IMG/VR virus record: IMGVR_UViG_3300020469_005214
Coordinates: 32,001 to 96,000 of that record
Reading direction: 5' to 3' (one strand)
Length of the DNA: 64,000 bases
Source of the DNA: a virus
Each line of letters opens with the position of its first letter. The first letter of the stretch is position 1. Below the pieces are notes generated by a model. The model was not told the origin of the DNA and searched no databases. It saw only the letters and a list, made by a program, of their open reading frames with translations. A program made the position numbers and the translations under genes. Of this stretch, positions 57,043 through 64,000 are shown piece by piece.

Positions 57043-57777
57043 ATGGTTTATTTATTTTCTAGTGCTAACTCCCTTAACTCAATTCTTACCATTGATAAAA
57101 AGTCAAAGGAGGGCGGTAGCGATTCTATTTTTCAGATTGCAAAAGAAAATAATATAGACCAAGTATTTTTAATTGAGAAAAATCCATCTTCTTTCCCCCA
57201 AGCACTTAGTAACGCTACAGAATTAGGGCTACAACTTGTTTATGGGTTGTCTTTGACTGTCTGTGATAACTCAGATGACAAAGAGCTAGAATCAATTTCT
57301 ACTGAGCATAAAATGGTATTTATTGCCAAGACTGGTGAGGCATATAAAAACATTTTAATGAAGCTGTATAGTGATGCCGCAACAAGGGGTAATTATAAAG
57401 GCTTACCAAGAACAGATTTTGATCGCATCAAAGAATTTTGGGGCGATGATATGTTGATGATGATTCCGTTTTATGATAATTTTTTACACAAAAATATATT
57501 CTCTTTTGGAAACTGTTTGGTGAAATTCCAAGAATATAATCCTATATTTTGTGTTGAATATCACGAATTGCCTTTAGACAGAATAATGGCTATAAAAATA
57601 AAACAATATTGTAAAGAAAATGGCTATGACTATATCAAAAGTCATAGTGTAAGATATAAGAGTGAAAAAGATATTGATGCATACTTGACTTATAGATGTA
57701 TTCAGAATAAAAGTAGCATTGAGTGTCCAAATCTTGAAGGCTTCTGCTCAAATAAATTTGCACTAATAGATGGTTGA
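57043..57777 (+). CDS. Stand-alone PHP domain of DNA polymerase III alpha
   Basis: SLNSIL; LQLVYGL; FIAKTGEAYKN.LMKLYS; PRTD; SHSVRY....D. Confidence 0.75.
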   Translation: MVYLFSSANSLNSILTIDKKSKEGGSDSIFQIAKENNIDQVFLIEKNPSSFPQALSNATELGLQLVYGLSLTVCDNSDDKELESISTEHKMVFIAKTGEAYKNILMKLYSDAATRGNYKGLPRTDFDRIKEFWGDDMLMMIPFYDNFLHKNIFSFGNCLVKFQEYNPIFCVEYHELPLDRIMAIKIKQYCKENGYDYIKSHSVRYKSEKDIDAYLTYRCIQNKSSIECPNLEGFCSNKFALIDG

Positions 57778-60394
57778 AGATAAAGAGTTTTTAAGTCAAT
57801 TTAAAAATTACTCCGATACTTATAATATCCTTGGAGTTAGAATTCCGCAGGTAAATATAGGTGGTTCATATGCTAGTAAATTTGGTTTAGATCTATCAAA
57901 AGATGAACACGAAATTCTTAGACAGCTTTGTCTACATGGATATAAAAAGCTAGATATTGACTCATTACCAAATAAAGACATTTACATAGAGCGTGTAAAA
58001 TTTGAGCTAGAAACTCTTAAAAAACTTGGTTTCACTCGATACATTCTTATGGTATGGGATCTGATTCAATGGTGCGATGAAAATAAAATCGCTAGAGGTT
58101 GGGGTCGTGGTTCTGTTGCAGGAAGTCTTGTATCTTATTTAATAGGTTTAACTGCGGTTGATCCAATTAAATATGATCTTATCTTTGAGCGTTTTATCAA
58201 TGAGTCTCGTGCACAATCAAAAATTATTGGCGGTGAGCAATATTCAGATGGTAGCACTGTTCCAGATATTGATTTTGATGTTTGTTACCTTAATCGTGGT
58301 CGAGTAGTTCATGAATATTTAAAGACTAAATACCCTAATAAGACTGGACACATCTCTACGCTAAATACACTTTCAACAAAATTAGTTCTTAAGGAGGTCT
58401 GTAAGAAATATGGTGCCTACGATGAAACTCAAGCCAATCGTATTTCTAATATGATTGAAAGCGATGCGGGCAAGCTTGATTCTCTTGAAGACACTCTAAA
58501 TAAGAATGACCAGTTTAAGGACTGGGTAGATCAAAATCCTAAAATATACGATATATGCTTAAAACTTTCTGATTTACCCAAAAACTTTGGTCTTCATGCC
58601 GCAGGAATCATTGTGTCATATGATGAAATTTTTAATTCTTTACCACTTGAAGATAGAGAGGGAACGATAACATCATCTTATACGAAGGATGATGTTGCCG
58701 AACAGGAAATTAAACTTGATGCTTTGGGTCTAAAGACTTGTACAATCATATACGAAACAGCAAAAGAAGCAGGATATGATTTAAATAGTTTTGACGTGAA
58801 TAATCCAGAGCTATACAAGCTATTTGACAAGTTTGATTATAGTTACGGAGTTTTTCAGTTAGATGGCGATACGGCTTGCAAAGTAACCAAACAGGTTCAG
58901 CCAAAAAATATTTCAGACATTTCTGCTATCTCCGCCATTGCCAGACCTGGAGCGTTGGCATTTTTGGAAGACTTTTTAGAATCTAGAAAAACTGGTCAAA
59001 TAAAATCCATTTATCCACCTATTGATAAAATTCTAGAGAACACCTCTGGTGTTATTCTGTATCAAGAGCAAACAATGAAAATTGCTCACGAGGTTTATAA
59101 ATTTTCGCTTGTAGAAGCTGATATTTTAAGAAAAATTATTGGCAAAAAGCAACTCGAAAAGGTTAAGGAATGGGAAGAAAAAATTAAAAAGGCAGGAATA
59201 GAACAAGGAATACCAGAAGATGCAACCCAGATCTTTTGGGAAACCGTTCAAGCCTCTGCCAAATATCAGTTTAATGCGAGCCACTCATACTCATATGGAT
59301 ATATTAGCTGTCTCTGCGCTTACTTAAAGATTAAATACCCAGCAATCTTTTTTAAAAACTGTCTTATGCTCGCTCGCTCCTTCCAAGATAGTGAGGCTCG
59401 TATTATGAAAATATGTAAAGAGCTTCCATATTTTGGTATTGAACTCAGACCACCAGACCTTGTTAAATCTGAGGAAGATTTTTCTGTTGAAGGCAACATA
59501 ATTCGCTACGGGATTAAATCAATAAAATCCGTTTCAGAAAAAACTCTTATAAAGCTTAAAGAGTTCAACTCGGTTCAGACAAATAAATTCCAACTATTTG
59601 AAGCGGCAAATAAGTCTGGGATTAATATTAGGATTTTATCTAACCTTATTAAGGCAGGGTGCTTAAGTTCCTTTGGAGACAATAGAGGGCTCCTTACTCT
59701 TGAGGCCGCAAGTTGGAACACCTTAACAGATGTCCAAAAAACCAAAATATTTAAATTTGGCGAAAAATATAACTATGATCTATTAAATATTTTGCTTGAC
59801 ATTAAAAATGGAAAGCTTCTTAGCGATGGTAAAGAAATCATCTCAACCAAAAAACGTAAAACTAAATCAGGAGAAAAATCTTCTTGGGACACCTTTTACG
59901 AGAAATATTTGCCTCATAAGTTAGAGTGCATTAGCTATGCTAAATATGCAGACTTTTATAATTATTATTATGAGCAAGATATTCTTGGTTTTGCATATAG
60001 CAAAAAGCTTTTTGAAATATTAGAATCAGAGTATAAGGGGATTATTCATCTTGGGGACTTGGATGATACAGTAGAAGATTCTATTGTAACTTCTTGCGGA
60101 GTAGTACAAGAAGCAAGAGTTGGTAAAACTCAAAAAGGGAATAAGAAGCTAGTCCTCGTAGTAGGCGACGAATATGGTCAAACTAGGGTGCAGACCTTTA
60201 ACTTTAATCGATTTGATAGAGCGACTAGAACAACAGAGTTTCTCAGCAATGTAGATGATTTAAAGAGTCTTTACGGCAGACTACCAGAGAAAAAAGATAT
60301 TGTTGTTTTTAGAGGTACCAGAAAGACCAATACTGTTTTCGCTGACAAAATTCGTATTTTGAACTTAGATTTCAAAGAAAGTACTGATAAGTAA
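57770..60394 (+). CDS. dnaE: DNA polymerase III alpha catalytic subunit (family C), lacking PHP
   Basis: GRGSVAGSLV; FERF; PDIDFD; HAAGI; KLDALGL; YQEQ; FNASHS; C-terminal OB fold. Confidence 0.95.
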   Translation: MVEDKEFLSQFKNYSDTYNILGVRIPQVNIGGSYASKFGLDLSKDEHEILRQLCLHGYKKLDIDSLPNKDIYIERVKFELETLKKLGFTRYILMVWDLIQWCDENKIARGWGRGSVAGSLVSYLIGLTAVDPIKYDLIFERFINESRAQSKIIGGEQYSDGSTVPDIDFDVCYLNRGRVVHEYLKTKYPNKTGHISTLNTLSTKLVLKEVCKKYGAYDETQANRISNMIESDAGKLDSLEDTLNKNDQFKDWVDQNPKIYDICLKLSDLPKNFGLHAAGIIVSYDEIFNSLPLEDREGTITSSYTKDDVAEQEIKLDALGLKTCTIIYETAKEAGYDLNSFDVNNPELYKLFDKFDYSYGVFQLDGDTACKVTKQVQPKNISDISAISAIARPGALAFLEDFLESRKTGQIKSIYPPIDKILENTSGVILYQEQTMKIAHEVYKFSLVEADILRKIIGKKQLEKVKEWEEKIKKAGIEQGIPEDATQIFWETVQASAKYQFNASHSYSYGYISCLCAYLKIKYPAIFFKNCLMLARSFQDSEARIMKICKELPYFGIELRPPDLVKSEEDFSVEGNIIRYGIKSIKSVSEKTLIKLKEFNSVQTNKFQLFEAANKSGINIRILSNLIKAGCLSSFGDNRGLLTLEAASWNTLTDVQKTKIFKFGEKYNYDLLNILLDIKNGKLLSDGKEIISTKKRKTKSGEKSSWDTFYEKYLPHKLECISYAKYADFYNYYYEQDILGFAYSKKLFEILESEYKGIIHLGDLDDTVEDSIVTSCGVVQEARVGKTQKGNKKLVLVVGDEYGQTRVQTFNFNRFDRATRTTEFLSNVDDLKSLYGRLPEKKDIVVFRGTRKTNTVFADKIRILNLDFKESTDK

Positions 60395-60503
60395 AAGATA
60401 TTCTGACCCAAATAAATAAAAAAGCCCTTGACAGGGGCAAATATTTATATATAACTGGTAGACTAATAAATAAATCTTAACAAAAAATATTTAAAAATAA
60501 AAT

Positions 60504-60785
60504 ATGATTGATCGCAAAAGAATTCTAAAATCCTTTTTCCAAGTTAAAAAAACTTCTAAATATAGTTGGTATGGAGTGCCAACCTGCAACGAAGATAAAA
60601 AACAAAGAGCAAAAAGAAAAATCGAATTGTCGCCAAACGATATTTTAATTCCATCTTTTAATAATAAATATTGGAATAAAATTAACAAAAAAGGTGCGGT
60701 AAATATAGAAATACCAGATAGTGAACTGGTTAGGGTTGATCGCCCCATTACTTTTGATAATGTCTATTATAAATACGGATATTGA
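60504..60785 (+). CDS. Hypothetical basic protein
   Basis: ORF downstream of TTGACA(60428). Confidence 0.55.
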   Translation: MIDRKRILKSFFQVKKTSKYSWYGVPTCNEDKKQRAKRKIELSPNDILIPSFNNKYWNKINKKGAVNIEIPDSELVRVDRPITFDNVYYKYGY

Positions 60786-60818
60786 TCCCTAAAACCCATA
60801 ATTGGTGTAATAATTACT

Positions 60819-61016
60819 ATGACGGTTAAAAAGCTAAAGTCTATACCAAAGCTTATGTTCCCTCAAATTAAAATGGTAGCCGAAGAGTGTTGTTGCCAAC
60901 AAATAACAGGGACTCTAAATGAAGCTAATTTTTATTTCAGGAGCAAAGAAAACGCAGAGTTTTTTTCAAAAATGTTAAAAAGCTTGACAGTTTTTGAAAA
61001 TAAATTTAATCATTAA
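60819..61016 (+). CDS. Hypothetical protein
   Basis: GTGTAATA-N6-ATG. Confidence 0.6.
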   Translation: MTVKKLKSIPKLMFPQIKMVAEECCCQQITGTLNEANFYFRSKENAEFFSKMLKSLTVFENKFNH

Positions 61017-61055
61017 AGGTATTCTCTAAATTGCATGTAAAATGTAATAATATGA

Positions 61056-61490
61056 GTGGAAATCGATGATCAAGTTTATAAAGCGGAAAATGAAGTTTTT
61101 GAGAATGAAACAATATTTACTGAGACACAAATTAAAAAGTTTTTTCTCCACATTGTTTACGATGATTGGTTTGTAAGACAATATGGAAGTGGATACAGAA
61201 TGTACATCATCGGCCCGAATTTTTTTGACGCTTCTTATGGATGTTATAAGGAAATATATTTACTTGAGAATCAACACTTTACAGAAAGCACTGTTTGTCA
61301 CGAACTAATGCATTCTTGCAAACATATAAGGAAAAACCCTCATGGCAAAGCTTGGCAGAAAAGATACGTAGATATGCTTAAAAGATACGTTTCTAATCAA
61401 ATGGGCGAAGAGCTAGAGGAAAAGTTTTCCCAAATATATGAAAATAATAAAAAATATAATTTGGCGTTGGAAAGTAAGAAGAAAATTTGA
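61056..61490 (+). CDS. SprT-like zinc metalloprotease
   Basis: TVCHELMH (HExxH) ... HGKAWQ; ATGTAATA-N6-GTG. Confidence 0.75.
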   Translation: MEIDDQVYKAENEVFENETIFTETQIKKFFLHIVYDDWFVRQYGSGYRMYIIGPNFFDASYGCYKEIYLLENQHFTESTVCHELMHSCKHIRKNPHGKAWQKRYVDMLKRYVSNQMGEELEEKFSQIYENNKKYNLALESKKKI

Positions 61491-61686
61491 CAATATATAT
61501 ACATTTTATATTGAAAATATTGACATCTTTCATCCCAAAGAGCAAGAATCAATTGAATCTATTAAAAAATCGTTTGAATTTTACTTCTATAGAAGTAGTT
61601 GGGAGCGAAATAAAGAAAAAATTGAAAAATATATTGAACAAATCAACACTAAAATAAACCACAGAATAAAAAATACAAAATGCTAG
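61438..61686 (+). CDS. Hypothetical protein
   Basis: ORF track. Confidence 0.45.
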   Translation: MKIIKNIIWRWKVRRKFDNIYTFYIENIDIFHPKEQESIESIKKSFEFYFYRSSWERNKEKIEKYIEQINTKINHRIKNTKC

Positions 61687-61773
61687 AAATACTAATCGTT
61701 ACATTCTTTCTTCTAATATTATTTGGAGAAATTTAAAAAAAGCTTGACTTTACAATTTTTTCAATCATTATGG

Positions 61774-61833
61774 CACAAATAACATCACAAATAACATCAC
61801 AAATAATAACACAAATAATAACACAAATAAAAA
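61774..61833 (+). repeat. Five tandem 12-bp repeats CACAAATAANNN
   Basis: cacaaataacat x2, cacaaataataa x2, cacaaataaaaa, then c-ATG 61835. Confidence 0.9.
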
Positions 61834-61834
61834 C

Positions 61835-62272
61835 ATGGAAGACAGTAAAACAAAAGTAGTCTCATCTTGGGGCGTACACAAAAAACTACAAAAAGTATAT
61901 GCTAAGGTTCGGAATAAAATACCTGCGGTAGGCGAGGTTGAGGACAAAAAGAAAAATCCAAAGCTCGAAAGGCTTCGTAAAGCTGAAAATTATGCTTACG
62001 ACTTATTTAATAATGGATTGGCAAATTATAGATCTCAATTTCTTAGATTCTATAAAATACCAAGTTACCAAGTTCCTGCATACGGAACTTATTGGCACTC
62101 ATACATATGGGATGATTTGGAGCAACAAGTGGAGCCAGTATTTTCAAAAGCTCTTATTGATGCATATGTAGAGCAATATTCTACCGATGAGTTAATAAAT
62201 GACATTATCGATAGTAATAATTCAACAAGCCAGTCAGAAGTCGAACAAGAAGTGGAGCAATTAGCAAAATAG
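61835..62272 (+). CDS. Hypothetical protein
   Basis: IPAVGEV...YDLFNNGLAN motif of a phage family. Confidence 0.7.
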   Translation: MEDSKTKVVSSWGVHKKLQKVYAKVRNKIPAVGEVEDKKKNPKLERLRKAENYAYDLFNNGLANYRSQFLRFYKIPSYQVPAYGTYWHSYIWDDLEQQVEPVFSKALIDAYVEQYSTDELINDIIDSNNSTSQSEVEQEVEQLAK

Positions 62273-62276
62273 AACC

Positions 62277-62531
62277 ATGAAACTTAAAGAAATAATTCAA
62301 GAGACAAAGGGTAAGTTTTTTACTGTTAATTTTATTAAAAAAGATGGAAGTAAGCGTCACATGCTTGCTCGTACTGGAGTAAAAAAATATCTCAAGGGCG
62401 GAGAAAGTCCTGCTAAAAACCGAGACAATATGATTGTCGTTTTTGATGTTCACAAAAGGGCATATAGGATGATCAATTTAGATACTTTGCTTAGTTTTAA
62501 GTGCGGTAATAAAGAATATTACTATTATTAA
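62277..62531 (+). CDS. SH3/WYL-like beta-barrel phage protein (DUF2693-like)
   Basis: GKFFTVNFIKKDGSKR..ARTGV; VFDV...YRMINL. Confidence 0.75.
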   Translation: MKLKEIIQETKGKFFTVNFIKKDGSKRHMLARTGVKKYLKGGESPAKNRDNMIVVFDVHKRAYRMINLDTLLSFKCGNKEYYYY

Positions 62532-62575
62532 AAATAAGTATTGACTTTCTCTAATTCATATGAATTATCGCAAAT

Positions 62576-63217
62576 ATGAAAATACTAATTGCTTGCGAAT
62601 CCTCTGGAGTTATTCGTGATGCCTTTCGAGCAAGGGGTCACGAAGCTTACTCTTGTGATGTTATCGATACAGGTCACAAATATCATATTTGCGATGATGT
62701 TCTAAATATTTTAGATCAAAATTGGGATATGATGATTGCTCATCCACCTTGCACTTATCTTTCGGTTAGTGGTATGCATTGGACTGCTCGTGGTTTGCGT
62801 GATCCTCAGTTGACTGAAGATGCTCTTGATTTTGTTCGAAAGCTTATGGATGCTCCAATTGCAAAAATAGTAATTGAAAATCCAGTTAGCGTCATTTCAA
62901 CACGCATTAAAAAGGCAAGTCAATATATACAGCCGTATCAGTTTGGAAAAGATAGAAGTAAAAAAACTGGGCTATGGTTGAAAAATCTACCTATTTTAGA
63001 ACCATCCGAATATGTGGAGCCAACAAGATGGGCTTGTTGTGGAAAATGGATGGAAAAAGATTCTACTTGTAATAAATGCGATAAAAAGCCCAAGCCTAGA
63101 TGGTCTAATCAAACTCAAGACGGTGCAGACAAAACTCCTCCATCTAAAGATCGTTGGAAGACTCGTTCTCAAACCGATAAAGGTATTGCAGAAGCAATGG
63201 CAAATCAATGGGGTTAG
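62576..63217 (+). CDS. Phage-type short DNA cytosine methyltransferase-like protein
   Basis: ILIACESSG; AHPPCT; IENPV; QPYQFG; KKTGLWLKNLP. Confidence 0.8.
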   Translation: MKILIACESSGVIRDAFRARGHEAYSCDVIDTGHKYHICDDVLNILDQNWDMMIAHPPCTYLSVSGMHWTARGLRDPQLTEDALDFVRKLMDAPIAKIVIENPVSVISTRIKKASQYIQPYQFGKDRSKKTGLWLKNLPILEPSEYVEPTRWACCGKWMEKDSTCNKCDKKPKPRWSNQTQDGADKTPPSKDRWKTRSQTDKGIAEAMANQWG

Positions 63218-63272
63218 AAAATGCCTCATAAAAAGACTTGACTTTTAATAAATTATCAACAAAGTGGTGGAC

Positions 63273-64000
63273 ATGAAAATCTTATCTCTCTTCGATGGAA
63301 TCTCCTGTGCTCAAATTGCGCTTAACAAACTTGGCGTTAAATACGATAATTATTTCGCTAGTGAAATTTGCGAAAAAGCAATTAAAGTAACACAAGATAA
63401 TTATCCAGACACAATACAATTAGGTGATGTGACAAAATGGAAAGATTGGAAGTTGCCTAAGATTGATATAATTTGTGCGGGTTTTCCTTGCCAATCTTGG
63501 TCTAAAGCAGGATTACAAGGCGGATTTCAAGATGAGCGTGGGAAACTTGCTTATGTCCTCGCAGATATTTTCCGTCACCTAAAAAAGCAAAATCCTAATT
63601 TAATTTTCTTATTTGAAAATGTAGAGATGGGAAAAGAAAAGTTAAATGATTTAAATGAATTGTTTGGTTGTGAGGGAATTAAAATCAATTCTTCGCTATT
63701 AACTGCTCAGAAGCGTGGGCGAGTCTACTGGACAAATTTAAAAATTAATCCAGTAAAGGATCAGAGAATTCAGTTTCAAGATATTCTTGATGATGGATTG
63801 GCTGAAAAAGAAAAGGCGTATTGCGTTAAGCTTTGTCGTGGAAATGCAAGAGACTATTTTAAGAAAAAACAAACCAATATTGTCTTTTGCCCAAATAAGT
63901 ATGGTAAATATGAAGTAAAAAATAATCTTATCTCTATGACCTTTCCGAAAGGCAAAGACCCAAATGAGTTATTTACTTTTAAATGTTCTTTGCCAGATGG
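63273..64000 (+). CDS. dcm: C5 DNA cytosine methyltransferase, 3'-partial (not in ORF track)
   Basis: Manual translation MKILSLFDGISC...GDV...AGFPCQ...FENV...QKRGRVYW, open to the window edge. Confidence 0.9.
   Translation, partial: MKILSLFDGISCAQIALNKLGVKYDNYFASEICEKAIKVTQDNYPDTIQLGDVTKWKDWKLPKIDIICAGFPCQSWSKAGLQGGFQDERGKLAYVLADIFRHLKKQNPNLIFLFENVEMGKEKLNDLNELFGCEGIKINSSLLTAQKRGRVYWTNLKINPVKDQRIQFQDILDDGLAEKEKAYCVKLCRGNARDYFKKKQTNIVFCPNKYGKYEVKNNLISMTFPKGKDPNELFTFKCSLPD

Noticed and set aside
57043-60394. Split intein in DnaE as in cyanobacteria
   Set aside because: No intein N-terminal (CL/CF) block or C-terminal HN-C motif at the junction; the split is at the PHP boundary
60410-60440. 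Terminator hairpin GCCCTTGACAGGGGC
   Set aside because: Stem is only 4-5 bp, the T-tract is on the non-coding strand, and it coincides with a TTGACA -35 box
61774-61833. Mini CRISPR array
   Set aside because: 12-bp units with no unique spacers; no cas operon (50844..51875 is an ordinary phage RecB/Cas4-like exonuclease)

Overview
AT-rich (roughly 30% GC by eye), gene-dense segment of a large dsDNA bacteriophage, probably lytic and aquatic; no integrase, tRNA, rRNA or CRISPR array seen. Layout: (1) 1-18.6 kb virion/tail region with very large Ser-Gly/Thr-Gly-rich proteins, a vWA-domain protein running off the left edge, and two ~1500-aa proteins carrying five BspA/TpLRR leucine-rich-repeat cassettes; (2) 18.6-30.15 kb minus-strand block with APS kinase-like and HxGH nucleotidyltransferases, SNase, glycosyltransferases, SSB, dUTPase, a phage sigma factor and a dATP/dGTP diphosphohydrolase; (3) a strand switch at ~30.2 kb with divergent promoters, an HTH initiator-like gene, iteron-like repeats and hairpins (candidate origin); (4) 30.2-64 kb plus-strand block with a glycosyltransferase/methyltransferase cluster, class I RNR, Gmd, an ATE1/Bpt-like aminoacyl-tRNA:protein transferase, RecA-like recombinase, DnaB, DnaG, an ADP-heptose (HldA/HldC/HldD) module, a split DnaE with a separate epsilon-like exonuclease, and cytosine methyltransferases. 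Most notable: LRR cassettes that share identical DNA tracts across two genes (candidate variable-LRR receptor-binding system); an extensive glycan/heptose toolkit beside [ST]G-rich virion proteins (candidate glycosylated virion); and a phage-specific TGTAATA-N6/7-start promoter motif implying leaderless mRNAs. All functional calls come from motif recognition by eye, without database searches.
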